From a virus, in IMG/VR virus record IMGVR_UViG_3300045003_000166, positions 1 through 64,000 of that record: a stretch of 64,000 nucleotides of DNA. The stretch is one strand, 5' to 3'. Shown here piece after piece: positions 36,429 to 46,063 of the stretch (positions are counted from its first letter, which is position 1; every line of letters begins with the position of its first letter). The notes beneath the pieces were generated by a model. It had not been told where the DNA came from. It saw only the letters and a program-made list of their open reading frames with translations, and made no database searches. Both the position numbers and the translations under genes were made by a program.

Positions 36429-38029
36429 GACACCGCCCGGTCGAGGATCTTGCTGGCGTGGTGGATCGAGATGGCGTTCGACAGCTCGTTCTTGCTGAGG
36501 TTCTTGACGTTGATGCCGAGCCGGACGGCGTGACCCACCTGCGCTTCGCTGGGCCGCGCCTTCTTCTTGCGCCAGGACGCGTCCCGGGAGGCGACCATCG
36601 GGTCTTCTTCCTCCGCGTACTGCTCGGCCCAGCTCATCGCGAGGTCGAGGGAGAGGCCGCCCATCAGCCACTCGCCACCACGGGCGGAGTAGACCCCGCA
36701 CTTGCCGATCTTGAACGTGCCGTCGTCGCCGTCCGGCCACAGGAAGTAGGTGTGCTCGCGGGTGGGGATGAACCACACGCCCTTTGCCGTCTGCAGCCAC
36801 GCCGCGTGGGAGGAGGTGAACAGGTCCAGTTCGCGCGCCGAGACGTCGAGCTGCAACCGGACCGACGCGTCGCGAGCGGCGCCTTCCGTCTCCTCTCGCT
36901 CCAGTGCCTCGAGCAGCAGCTCGCCCGGCTGCGGCCGGATGCCGGTCTCGGTCAGGTCGACGATGGAGCGCAGCGACTTGCCCTCGGACGCGCCCACGAC
37001 GTCGAGCAGGAGCGCGTCCCTCTTGCCCGGGTGGGGGCGCAGCACGCGGCCGGCCATCTGGACGTAGAGCCCGTGCGACTGGGTGGGCCGGGCGAGCACC
37101 GCGCAGGAGAGCTGCGGCATGTCGAAACCCTCGGTGAGCACACCCACGGAGGAGAGCACCTGCGTGTCGCCGTGCCGGGTGCGCTTGTAGATGAGCTGGC
37201 GTTCCTCGGTCGGCGTCTCCCCCGTCACGGTCTCGGTGGGAATCCCGGCCGCGTTCAGCGCGTCGGCGAATGTCTGCGCCGCGGCGACGGTGGGGGCGAA
37301 CAGGGCGCCCTGCCGGTCGGCCGCGTGCTCGCGGTACGCCTCGGCCACCACGGATCCGGCGTCCGCTTCGATGAGGGCGTCGCCGAGCGCGCCGTCCTGG
37401 TAGTCGCCCCGGGACTTCTTCACCTTCCCCAGGTCCAGGTCCGGGATGGCGACGGACGTGCCGCGCACGTCCACCAGGAAGCCCTCGCGGATGCCGAAGA
37501 GGATGTCGCGCTTGAACACGACGTCCTGCCACACGTCGCCCAGGCCCCGGTCGTCGGCGCGGTTCATGGTGGCGGTCACGCCCAGCGCGAGGACGTCGCG
37601 GAAGCAGCCGTAGTGCTCCAGGATCTCCATGTAGGTGCGGGCCGCAGCGTGATGCGCCTCGTCGACGATCACCAGGCCGACATCGCGCAACTGCTCGCGT
37701 CGGGAGAGCCGGGCGAGGGTCTGCACGGAGCCGACGACGACCTGCGCGTCCACCTCGTTCTCGGCCGCCTTCACCACGCCGACGCGAAGGGAGCGGTCGA
37801 AGGCGCGGATCTTGTCCACGGCCTGGCGCGCCAACTCGTCGCGGTGCACGAGGACCAGAGGCTTACGGCCCGCGGTCGCCGCCCGGTGGCAAAGTGCCGC
37901 GATGACCGCCGTCTTGCCCAAACCGGTAGCCATGACCACGGCGGGGCGCAGTATGCCGTCCGACCACGCCTTCTCGACAGCGGCACAGGCGGCGTCCTGA
38001 TAGTTCCTCAGGCGCAGGGATTCCATCAC
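36425..38029 (-). CDS. SF2 DEAH helicase
   Basis: LRNYQ, ATGLGKT, DEAHH, TAT, LTEGFD, QMAGR. Confidence 0.95.
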   Translation of the reverse strand: MMESLRLRNYQDAACAAVEKAWSDGILRPAVVMATGLGKTAVIAALCHRAATAGRKPLVLVHRDELARQAVDKIRAFDRSLRVGVVKAAENEVDAQVVVGSVQTLARLSRREQLRDVGLVIVDEAHHAAARTYMEILEHYGCFRDVLALGVTATMNRADDRGLGDVWQDVVFKRDILFGIREGFLVDVRGTSVAIPDLDLGKVKKSRGDYQDGALGDALIEADAGSVVAEAYREHAADRQGALFAPTVAAAQTFADALNAAGIPTETVTGETPTEERQLIYKRTRHGDTQVLSSVGVLTEGFDMPQLSCAVLARPTQSHGLYVQMAGRVLRPHPGKRDALLLDVVGASEGKSLRSIVDLTETGIRPQPGELLLEALEREETEGAARDASVRLQLDVSARELDLFTSSHAAWLQTAKGVWFIPTREHTYFLWPDGDDGTFKIGKCGVYSARGGEWLMGGLSLDLAMSWAEQYAEEEDPMVASRDASWRKKKARPSEAQVGHAVRLGINVKNLSKNELSNAISIHHASKILDRAVS

Positions 38030-38054
38030 GTGTCCTTTGTCAGTTGTCTTAGAG

Positions 38055-38154
38055 CGGCCACAGCGGGAGTCGAACCCGCTTTACGACGTCCAAAGAGATC
38101 GGTCGAAAACGCCTGTGTCGCACTCCCAGCGCCAGGAGTGTCCGGACCATGGCC
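38055..38154 (-). ncRNA. tRNA-like RNA (acceptor stem plus T arm, non-canonical core)
   Basis: GGCCATG/TGTGGCC stem; GCGGG-TTCGACT-CCCGC; no D or anticodon arm. Confidence 0.6.
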
Positions 38155-38189
38155 TCCAACGGAAAGGTCAGCATTTTCCGCTGTGGACA

Positions 38190-38219
38190 AGGATACCGAG
38201 CCAGGTGACTATCTGTCAA
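38190..38219 (-). promoter_or_regulatory. motif promoter for the replication operon
   Basis: TTGACAGATAGTCAC, 18-nt spacer, TATCCT. Confidence 0.75.
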
Positions 38220-38419
38220 TACAGAAGGTTGATGACCTTGCACCGGTTGCAGTCCGGCAGGCAGTGCAGTTCGTCGTCCAGTTGGTGGGGAAGGGCGCGG
38301 TCGAGTGCGCGGACGTCGCCGCGACTGAGCACCTTGTAGCCGGCCGACTCCAGGAACCGTCACCGCCAGGTTGATCGACACCTGGCCCGGCGTCTGCGGC
38401 TCGGCGAACGGCTTCGTCA

Positions 38420-39154
38420 TCAGTGCACCGCGGCGAGGACCGACACGGCCAGGCACAGGAACGTGGCCCAGGCCAACTGTCCGAACGTGCCGCGGCGCGC
38501 GGGTCGGCCCCGGCGGCGCAACGGCGTCACGGCCTCCTCCCGCACCGGCTCGAGGAGTTGGGTGGACGGGCCGCCGTCGGTCATCGATGCGCTAGAGCGC
38601 TGGGGCAGGCGGCTGGTAGGCAGTGGCTCGAGCATCTGGGTCACGGCCTCGTCGTCCAACGGGTGCGGGCGCACCAGCAGCCGACTGGCGGGCGCCTTAC
38701 CGTCGCCCCGTGGCGGGATCGCCGGCCGCACGGTGGTGGGGCGCACGGCCATGCCGTCGAAGGTGCCCTGCTCGCCGTCGCGGATCCGCGCCTCCTGGTC
38801 GAACGGGTGCCCCAGCGCGGCGTGTACGTCAGGAGTGTGCGGAACGCCTCGCGGGACTCCGGTGACGTCGGCGAAGCGCTCCTCCTGCGCCTCGATCAGC
38901 TCGCCGTGGTCCCTGTACTTCCCCGGCATGGCCGGCGGTTCCATGACCTCGTCGCCCTGCTCGCCCGTGTGCCGGTAGAACAGCCAGCGGCCCTCGTTGA
39001 ACTCGGCGATCGGGTGGCGCTTGGGTTCACGGCGCGTGGACCAGCGCAGGATCCGCAGTGTGCCGTGGCTGTTGACCGCGTAGGCGTCCTCGAAGATCTG
39101 GGGGACGGACGGGTCCACGAAGACGTGGACGTCATGGCGCTTCTCGAGCTCCAT
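38420..39154 (-). CDS. hypothetical protein with C-terminal TM helix
   Basis: AAAGG RBS; hydrophobic C-terminus. Confidence 0.6.
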   Translation of the reverse strand: MELEKRHDVHVFVDPSVPQIFEDAYAVNSHGTLRILRWSTRREPKRHPIAEFNEGRWLFYRHTGEQGDEVMEPPAMPGKYRDHGELIEAQEERFADVTGVPRGVPHTPDVHAALGHPFDQEARIRDGEQGTFDGMAVRPTTVRPAIPPRGDGKAPASRLLVRPHPLDDEAVTQMLEPLPTSRLPQRSSASMTDGGPSTQLLEPVREEAVTPLRRRGRPARRGTFGQLAWATFLCLAVSVLAAVH

Positions 39155-39165
39155 ATCAATACCTT

Positions 39166-39460
39166 TTCTCACAATGGCTCTCACGAAGCAGAAGAGCCGC
39201 GACGGACATCACCGCACATCCCTGGAAATGAGCGGTACTTGAAAGTGACACAAACACGACATGGAACACTTGCGCTTGGCAGACTGGTAACCTTCAACCG
39301 GGCAGTCTCGGTTTTCCACTCCGGCCTTCGGGGAGAGAAACCCCAGGTCCGGCCTCCGTTCAGTTGTCAATCGCTCGGGCGAGAGGCCGAATTGTGGATC
39401 TTCCCCTCACGATCTCTCACAAAGAGTTATCGATCTTGGTTATCTCTCACGGCTTCCCAC
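39166..39460. other. candidate attP with arm-type repeats
   Basis: Three pairs of (C/T)TCTCAC-like direct repeats flanking a non-coding segment downstream of int. Confidence 0.55.
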
Positions 39461-39467
39461 CCCCGCA

Positions 39468-39746
39468 TCACGCCTCCCGGATCTTCGCGGCGTGGCAGGT
39501 CCGGCACACCGGGACCGGCTTGCCGAACAGCGTCTTACTCGGCACCTCGCGCACGACGCCGTCCGCGCGCCAGCCCTCGCACAGGTGAGGCTCGTAGACC
39601 GGGCAGAGGCAACAACATGCGGCGTCGGCCGGGATCCTCGTCAGCGCCAGTTGGGCGGTGACCGCAGCCATGCGCTTCAGCGCACCGGCCGCCGCGTCCA
39701 CGCTCTCCCGGAACGCCTCCGGGTCGAAGGGCTTGTCAGTCGTCAC
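39468..39746 (-). CDS. hypothetical Cys-rich protein
   Basis: CCCLC...HLC...CRTC. Confidence 0.55.
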   Translation of the reverse strand: MTTDKPFDPEAFRESVDAAAGALKRMAAVTAQLALTRIPADAACCCLCPVYEPHLCEGWRADGVVREVPSKTLFGKPVPVCRTCHAAKIREA

Positions 39747-39939
39747 CGCGCTGCATCTCCCTGAACGCCTCCACCAGCTCCTCCACCGCGCTGATCGTGG
39801 CGGAGAGAGCGGCGGCCAGCAACCCTTCCTCGTGGCCCGCGCACCGGCCGTTCAACTGGTGCCACCCGTCCAGCTCCGCCAGGCTGTCCTTCGCCTTTTC
39901 CAACTGCTCGGTCGGCATCATCGTGTCGTAGTGCGCCAC
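39736..39939 (-). CDS. hypothetical protein overlapped by the integrase tail
   Basis: GGAGGAG RBS before GTG. Confidence 0.5.
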   Translation of the reverse strand: MAHYDTMMPTEQLEKAKDSLAELDGWHQLNGRCAGHEEGLLAAALSATISAVEELVEAFREMQRGDD

Positions 39940-41134
39940 CAGTCTCCTCCCTCCTGACACGCGCCAGCGCGTCCCGGCCCGCGGCCAGGTCCTCGGGCCG
40001 CGCGTGCACGTAGTTGTCGTAGGTGAAACTCGCCTTCGTGTGCCCCATCCACGCCGCGATCACATGGCCCTGCACACCGGCCCGGGCCATCCGGGAGCCG
40101 GCCGCGTGGCGCATCGCCTCGTACGGCGTCACCTTGCGCACCCCGGCCTGGTCCATCAGCCGGTACATGTAGCGGCGCAGCCGCTGCGTGTCGAACGGGG
40201 CGCCCAGTTGATCGGCCAGCACGTAGCCGCCCTGCGGGTCCAGGAACCAGGCGTCGCCCGCGTTCTCCCGCTCCGCCTCCTGGACGCGTCGCCACTCGCG
40301 CAGCGCGTCGGTGAGTGCTTCGTCCAGGGGGAGGATGCGGATTCCGGCCGGGGTCTTCGCCTCCTTCTCCACCGGCTTGCCCTTCACCATGGTGCGCACG
40401 ATCATCCCCACCGCCACATTGCGGGCGATCAGGTGCACGTGCGGCCAGCGCAGCCCGCACAACTCCTCCGGGCGAAGGGCGCGGGCGAACAGCTCCACCA
40501 GCGCGGCCAGCCGGTCCTGCGCGGCGCACGCGAAGAAGCGCTCCTCCTCGGCGTCGCTCCACAGGTCGTGCACCGGCTTGCTCCGCTTCGGCCGCTGCAC
40601 GAGCCGGACCGGGTTGTAACCGATGCGCCGCTCGGCCACTGCCACATCCAGGGCCGTCTGTAGCTGCGCCAGCGTCTTGGAGATCGACGTGGGCCCGTGT
40701 CCGCGCCCGTACTTCTTCGACACGCTGCGGGCGCGTCCCTGCGTCTCCATCCACACGACCAGCTTGTCGAACTCGGCCTTGTCCAGTTCCTGCAGCGGGC
40801 GCGTGCCCATGAACCGGCGCACCGGGGCGAGGAGGTTCCGGTAGGTGTTGAGAGTCGCCGCTTCCTTCCCCCGCAGTCCCGCCTCCCAGGCGTCCAGCTC
40901 CTCGTTGAGCGTCCGCTTGGAGGGAAGGACGATCATGCCGGTGTTGATCTCGTGCCGGATGCGGGCGAGCTCGGCGCGCGCCTCCTTCAGCGTGTCCCAG
41001 GTGGAGGTGTCCTGGTTGCGCTTGCCCGGCTGCGCCGGGTCCGGGGGCAGGTCGACGACGAGCCGGTACCGGACGGTCTTGCCGTCCGCCAGCTTGATCC
41101 TGCGGATCGGCTCCTTGCCCGCCTTCGCCACCAC
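39743..41134 (-). CDS. int: tyrosine integrase
   Basis: LRPEELCGL (R), KTPAG (K), MRH (R), WMGH (H), NYVH (Y); N-terminal arm-binding domain. Confidence 0.93.
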   Translation of the reverse strand: MVAKAGKEPIRRIKLADGKTVRYRLVVDLPPDPAQPGKRNQDTSTWDTLKEARAELARIRHEINTGMIVLPSKRTLNEELDAWEAGLRGKEAATLNTYRNLLAPVRRFMGTRPLQELDKAEFDKLVVWMETQGRARSVSKKYGRGHGPTSISKTLAQLQTALDVAVAERRIGYNPVRLVQRPKRSKPVHDLWSDAEEERFFACAAQDRLAALVELFARALRPEELCGLRWPHVHLIARNVAVGMIVRTMVKGKPVEKEAKTPAGIRILPLDEALTDALREWRRVQEAERENAGDAWFLDPQGGYVLADQLGAPFDTQRLRRYMYRLMDQAGVRKVTPYEAMRHAAGSRMARAGVQGHVIAAWMGHTKASFTYDNYVHARPEDLAAGRDALARVRREETGGALRHDDADRAVGKGEGQPGGAGRVAPVERPVRGPRGRVAGRRSLRHDQRGGGAGGGVQGDAAR

Positions 41135-41155
41135 GGCCTCCTTCCGCCGTCAACC

Positions 41156-41185
41156 TTGACAGATAGTCACGCCGCTGTCCACACT
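41156..41185 (+). promoter_or_regulatory. motif promoter for xis
   Basis: TTGACAGATAGTCAC, 18-nt spacer, CACACT. Confidence 0.7.
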
Positions 41186-41216
41186 CGAGCGAACACCCTG
41201 TGGACAAGGACCCCGC

Positions 41217-41411
41217 ATGAAACCCACCCTGGACGAGATCCGCGCCTGGCCTGCCACCGTCGGCGTGAGACAGGCCGCGGCGGCGTTCGGCATCAGCGCC
41301 AGCCACGCCTACGCCCTGATCCGGGCCGGTCAGTTCCCGGCCCGGACGCTCCCGCTCGGCGACCGGGTGAGGGTGGTCACCTCGTCGATCGTCGAGGCGC
41401 TCGGCGGCTAG
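41217..41411 (+). CDS. xis: excisionase-like HTH protein
   Basis: VRQAAAAFGISASHAYALIRAGQFP; divergent from int. Confidence 0.8.
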   Translation: MKPTLDEIRAWPATVGVRQAAAAFGISASHAYALIRAGQFPARTLPLGDRVRVVTSSIVEALGG

Positions 41412-41596
41412 AGCACCAAAACCCCGTCGCCCACGATCTCCCAGCCGTCGGCGTTGTGCTTCTCGGACAGTTCGTCCGCGCGGTCCTCGGCCAGTTCGAA
41501 GGAGTCGGCGCGGATCGTGAGGTCCTTGTGTATGCCCCGGTCGATGCCCAGTCCGGGGCACTCGTCCCAGAACAGACGCACGGTGAACTTGTACAT
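41408..41596 (-). CDS. hypothetical protein
   Basis: GGAGG RBS; downstream of the motif pair. Confidence 0.55.
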   Translation of the reverse strand: MYKFTVRLFWDECPGLGIDRGIHKDLTIRADSFELAEDRADELSEKHNADGWEIVGDGVLVL

Positions 41597-41617
41597 GGGA
41601 TCCGACCTCCCGAATTC

Positions 41618-41661
41618 TTGACTGATAGTCACATCATCTCCCATGCGTGACTATCTGTCAA
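41618..41661. promoter_or_regulatory. inverted pair of TTGAC-N-GATAGTCAC motifs
   Basis: 41618-41632 (+) and 41647-41661 (-). Confidence 0.75.
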
Positions 41662-42219
41662 CCTCCGGGCCGAGGTCGGAGGTTGTCGTTCGCATCCGCC
41701 TCGAGCTCGTCGAACGAACTCGGCAGCACACGGACGGTGCCGATCACGATCCCCGTCATCCGGTCACGCAGCGGGTAGGAGAAGCCCTCGACCAGATCGC
41801 CCTGCAGTCCCGACTTCTCGTCGAGGGACCGCTCCAGGAAGCGCGTCTCCGCCTCCGACCGGGTGGCGTAGTACGTCTTCCCGTCCCCGACGACGCGGTA
41901 GAGTTCAGGCACGGCGCACCGGATACACGGCGTAAGCCCAGCCGAAACCACGGTCCGCGGTCACCCGGTTCGGGTCGTTCACGTCGATCGGGCAGGAAGC
42001 GCCGACCGACGTCTCCGGCTCCCCCACCTCCCAGAACCGGCGCGCCGGATGCCACTCCACCTCGCGCAGCGCGTGCTCCAGCTCCTCCTGCGTCGCGCCC
42101 CACGCGAGCACCCGCACACCGGTGCGCTCCGAGTTGAGGGTATCCATGCACGTCCCCTACGCTTGTCACTGGGCAATCTAGTTTGAGATTAGGGGAAACT
42201 AGTTTCCTCTGGCAAGGGG

Positions 42220-42975
42220 ATGGCTATGCCGCGTCAGGCCAAGTTTCCTGGGATTGCGGACAAATACCGCGAGCTGATCCTGGAGGGAAGACTCAAGCCC
42301 AACACCCAGCTGCCCACCGTCGAAGAACTCGCCGGGCGGGAAGGTGTGGCCTCCGCGACCGCCGCGAAGGTCTACGCCGCGCTGCAGGTGGAGGGACTGG
42401 TGCGGATCTCGCACCGCGGCGTCTTCGTCAGCGACGAACACGGCGTCACCCTCGTGGGCCTGGACCGGCTCTCGCGCATCCGGCGCGGACTGCCCTACCT
42501 GGTGGAGGGCGAGAGCGCGTACGTCAACTCGGCCGAGGTGGTCACCCCGCCCGCGTACGTGGCGGACCTGTTCGACCTGGACCCGTCGCTCGCCCGGGTG
42601 CTGCGCCGCGAATACGTGATCGGGCGCAGCACGCACAGGCTCATGCTCGTCGTCGACTGGATGCCGGCGGAGGCCGCCGTGCTCGCCCCGAGCCTGCTCA
42701 AGACCAACCCGAGCGGCGTCAACCAGGCCGTGGCGCTGTACCTGAAGGTCTCCGGCCGGGTCATCACCTCCGCCCGCGACGACATGCACGCGCGCCGGGC
42801 TAGCGGCCGGGAGGCGGCGCAGCTGCTCGTGGCCACCGGCTCCCCGGTGCTCGGCCACGTGTCACGGTGGTGGGACGACGACGGCGTCATCGTCTACTCG
42901 GAGGCGGTGCTGCCCGAGCGCGAGGTGATCGGCTACCAGACGATGCCGCCGGACCAGCTCGAGCTGGTGGACTAG
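42220..42975 (+). CDS. GntR/HutC (UTRA) regulator, KorSA-like
   Basis: N-terminal wHTH GRLKPNTQLPTVEELA; C-terminal UTRA-like domain. Confidence 0.88.
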   Translation: MAMPRQAKFPGIADKYRELILEGRLKPNTQLPTVEELAGREGVASATAAKVYAALQVEGLVRISHRGVFVSDEHGVTLVGLDRLSRIRRGLPYLVEGESAYVNSAEVVTPPAYVADLFDLDPSLARVLRREYVIGRSTHRLMLVVDWMPAEAAVLAPSLLKTNPSGVNQAVALYLKVSGRVITSARDDMHARRASGREAAQLLVATGSPVLGHVSRWWDDDGVIVYSEAVLPEREVIGYQTMPPDQLELVD

Positions 42976-43223
42976 CGCCTGCGGGCGCGGGAGATCGCCA
43001 GGGGGATCCAGACGAACAGTCCCCACGCTCCTCCCGTCCAGAACGTCAGCCAGAAGTGCAGGCGGTTGTTGAGCCCGCGGCGGCGGACATACACCGGGCC
43101 TGCCTGCTGGACCACGTTGACGACGACCTGGGGCGGAGGATAGCCGTACGGAGGCTCCTGGTATGGGCCTCGATACGGCTGGGGCGGACGGCCAGGCACG
43201 GAGTCTTCAGGCTGGTAGGACAC
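42972..43223 (-). CDS. small membrane protein
   Basis: Pro-rich N-terminus; HFWLTFWTGGAWGLFVWI. Confidence 0.55.
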   Translation of the reverse strand: MSYQPEDSVPGRPPQPYRGPYQEPPYGYPPPQVVVNVVQQAGPVYVRRRGLNNRLHFWLTFWTGGAWGLFVWIPLAISRARRR

Positions 43224-43294
43224 GGCGAAACCCCCACGGGACGGTTGACCGCAGCGTACCGCTCCGCAGGGGTCTGCGTCGGAGGTTTCCTCTT

Positions 43295-43756
43295 TCAGCC
43301 CCAGTACGAGACCAGCCACCAGCCCGGCTGGTTGTCGCCGTCCGGCGCCCCGATGCCCTGCGAGGAGAGGAACGCGGCCAGCTTCTCCCTCCACGCCGGA
43401 TCGACGTCCAGGCTCGTCACCGGTTCGCGGTCGCCGCGGTGCGCGGTCTTCTCCGACCCGACGGCGTACAGGTAGGGGATCGGGTAGTCGCCTGAGCAGT
43501 GCGTGTCCCAGTCGACGCCCAGCTCCTGCTTGACCTGCTTCGCCGCGTCGTACCAGGCCGAGACCTCCTCGCGGCCCTCGCCGTCCGCCCACCGACGGTA
43601 CGCCTGGTAGTCGCCGTTGTAATGCTCGTCCCACGGATCGGTGCGTCCGCGCGACTTCAGGATCGCCTTCACCACCAGATCCATGTCGGTGTCGAACTCC
43701 TGCTGGTCCTCCCAGCAGTAGCCGTAGAACAGCACGCCGTTGGTGCTCTGGCCCAT
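43295..43756 (-). CDS. hypothetical protein
   Basis: GAGG RBS; phage-like codon usage. Confidence 0.65.
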   Translation of the reverse strand: MGQSTNGVLFYGYCWEDQQEFDTDMDLVVKAILKSRGRTDPWDEHYNGDYQAYRRWADGEGREEVSAWYDAAKQVKQELGVDWDTHCSGDYPIPYLYAVGSEKTAHRGDREPVTSLDVDPAWREKLAAFLSSQGIGAPDGDNQPGWWLVSYWG

Positions 43757-43759
43757 GTG

Positions 43760-44671
43760 TCAGTCCTCACTGGCGGCGGCGCGCACGCGCTCGTCGCGGT
43801 CGGGGGCGAACAGGTCGAAGATGTTCACCCCGAAGTGGAAGGTGTAGTGGGTGAGATCCGGGTACAGCCGGATCCACGGACGCTTCGCGCGCAGGCCCCG
43901 CAGGGACCGCTCCCAGCTCTCCGCCTCCGGCAGGTCGTCCCAGAGATCGCTGACGTGCTCGTCCCAGTAACTCCGCCGCACGTCGTCGGAATATTCCGCA
44001 GCGTCCCACTCGGCGCGGCCCTGCTCACTGCGCGCCCACTCAGGCATCCAGTCCTCGGGCATCTGCGGCGCCGCCCAGTCGGCGACACTGCGACTCGGGA
44101 AGGAGTCCGCGACCGTGTACCAGGCGACCACCGGCTCGTCGTCGCGGCACCGCAGGAACTCCTGCACCGCCGGCCAACCCAGGTCGTAGCCGTTGAGGGC
44201 GCGGCGGTAGATGCCGGTGCGCAGTCCCTCCTCGATCACCCCGGCCATCCAGGCGCGGTCCGGTCCCTCGACGAACGGGAAGCGGTCCGCCCAGTGCGCG
44301 AGCTTTGCGGCGAGGCGCACCGGGTCGCTGCCGAAGGCCAGCGCGGTGTTCAGCTCACAGTTGCCGGTGCGCAGCTCCACGCCCGCGATCACCATCCGGA
44401 AGTTGCCCACCTTCAGCGACGTGCGCAGCGAGTCGAGGAAGTCGCGCCACAGGTGGGAGCCGCCGGGCGCCTTCGCCTTCTCGAACGCGTCGAACAGGTG
44501 GCCGTTGTCGCGGTCCCGCTGCAGCAGGGCCATGATCTCCTCGGCCCGGTTCCAGCCGCCCACGTCCCAGGCCACCTCGCCGGGCATGCCGGCGATCCTG
44601 AGCAGGTGGTGGTACTCGGCGCCGGCCAGCTCCACGCTGCCGGACGGGGAGGTGAAGACGAGTTTGCTCAT
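43760..44671 (-). CDS. hypothetical protein
   Basis: ATGA-coupled; 303 aa. Confidence 0.65.
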   Translation of the reverse strand: MSKLVFTSPSGSVELAGAEYHHLLRIAGMPGEVAWDVGGWNRAEEIMALLQRDRDNGHLFDAFEKAKAPGGSHLWRDFLDSLRTSLKVGNFRMVIAGVELRTGNCELNTALAFGSDPVRLAAKLAHWADRFPFVEGPDRAWMAGVIEEGLRTGIYRRALNGYDLGWPAVQEFLRCRDDEPVVAWYTVADSFPSRSVADWAAPQMPEDWMPEWARSEQGRAEWDAAEYSDDVRRSYWDEHVSDLWDDLPEAESWERSLRGLRAKRPWIRLYPDLTHYTFHFGVNIFDLFAPDRDERVRAAASED

Positions 44672-44958
44672 CGCGGCTGCCCGTCCGATCCGCGCCAATC
44701 GTCCCAACCCCTGCGGTGCACGGCCGGTTCGTGATTCTCGGCCAGCAGGCATCGGTCGCCGAACCGGGAGACTGACGGGCACTGCGACACGCTCGGGTTC
44801 TGCCAGGTGCCCGGGTCGGTGAACGCGTAGGCGGTCTTCCACCTGGCTCCGCACGGCTTGCAGACGAACTTGTCGTCCTCGAGCTCGACGGTCCGCCCGC
44901 ACACCGAGCAGTTCGGCATCGCCATCTCCAGCTCGGGAGGATCCTCGCGTTCCTCCAT
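44668..44958 (-). CDS. zinc-ribbon protein
   Basis: CSVC...CKPC, C..C..H..H. Confidence 0.55.
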   Translation of the reverse strand: MEEREDPPELEMAMPNCSVCGRTVELEDDKFVCKPCGARWKTAYAFTDPGTWQNPSVSQCPSVSRFGDRCLLAENHEPAVHRRGWDDWRGSDGQPR

Positions 44959-45296
44959 CAGCTCCTCTTCCTGTTGATCAGGCGCTCGTCTTCGAGCAGG
45001 TGCGCGCGCAGCGACGCGCCCAGCTCCTCCAGCGCCAGGCGCAGACGGGCGGCGTCCGCCTCGGCCGCCGCCACCCGGGTGAGAAGGTCGGAGGCGTCCA
45101 CGCCGCGGGTGACCCGCGAGCCGGCCAGTGCGAGGCGCACCTCCTCCAGGTTGTAACGGCGGTGCCCGGACGGCGTCACGTCACAGGGGATCTTGCCGGT
45201 CTTCGCGTAGCGGCTCACGGTGGCCACGTCGATTTTCAGCATCCGGGCCACCTCGCCCGGCCGAGCGGTGCGCGCGGGCGCGATGTCCTCCATCAC
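44958..45296 (-). CDS. BldC-like MerR-type HTH plus coiled coil
   Basis: PGEVARMLKIDVATVSRYAKTGKI...TPSGHRRY. Confidence 0.8.
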   Translation of the reverse strand: MMEDIAPARTARPGEVARMLKIDVATVSRYAKTGKIPCDVTPSGHRRYNLEEVRLALAGSRVTRGVDASDLLTRVAAAEADAARLRLALEELGASLRAHLLEDERLINRKRS

Positions 45297-45501
45297 GCCT
45301 CCCAGCTGATGTCGATGTTCGCCTTCGCGATCAGGTCGTCGATCTCGCGCAGCGCTTGGTCCCGGTCCTGTTCGCTGAGGTTCTTCAGCGACTCCTCGTC
45401 CTCGCTCATCTCGGAGATGGACAGGAACTCCACGTCGCGGGCGTGGTCGAGCATGATCTCCGCGGCGATGCGCCGCAGCTCCTCCTGGGACGGGTACGCG
45501 C

Positions 45502-45849
45502 TCATGGTCGCCCGCCCAGCAGCAGGTACGCGCGCATGATCGTGCCCGCGCCCTGGTCCTGGACGTGCAGGTCGAGCCAGTTGCGTAGCAACCTAACGGC
45601 CTCGGCCCGGTCGTCGGCCTCCATCCTCAACTGGGTGAGGTAGACCGTCAGGTCGACGGCTTCCTCCCAGGCGTCCTGCAACGCGTCGCGGCCGTTGTGC
45701 GTCATCAAGGGCTGGCCGTAGCGCTCGACCCCCAGGTTCCTGCGCTCGCGGATCGCCTCGATCAGCCGGTCCTGGACGCACTCCCGGCCACCGCTCGGCA
45801 GCGGCTGGTCGCCCGGTCTCTGCTTGTGGGAAGAGGAATCCTCCGTCAC
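45502..45849 (-). CDS. hypothetical protein (possible MazG-like all-alpha fold)
   Basis: GVERYG..L...NGRDALQDAWEEAVD. Confidence 0.5.
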   Translation of the reverse strand: MTEDSSSHKQRPGDQPLPSGGRECVQDRLIEAIRERRNLGVERYGQPLMTHNGRDALQDAWEEAVDLTVYLTQLRMEADDRAEAVRLLRNWLDLHVQDQGAGTIMRAYLLLGGRP

Positions 45850-46063
45850 GACGCCACCTTTTCCCAGCCCGAGCCCTCACGCTCCGTCGCGTCGACCCAA
45901 TACGGTGAGTCGTGCGTCAGGGCGGTCGCGGCGGCCAGGGCCAGTGTCGCGTGCACCTGTGCCGCACGAAGGTGATAGGACTCCTGATCACTGCCGTATT
46001 TCTCGCTCTTGGCCAACTTCAGGAACTCTTCGGCTTCCTTGTAGTGCTCCGGTCCGGTCGCCA

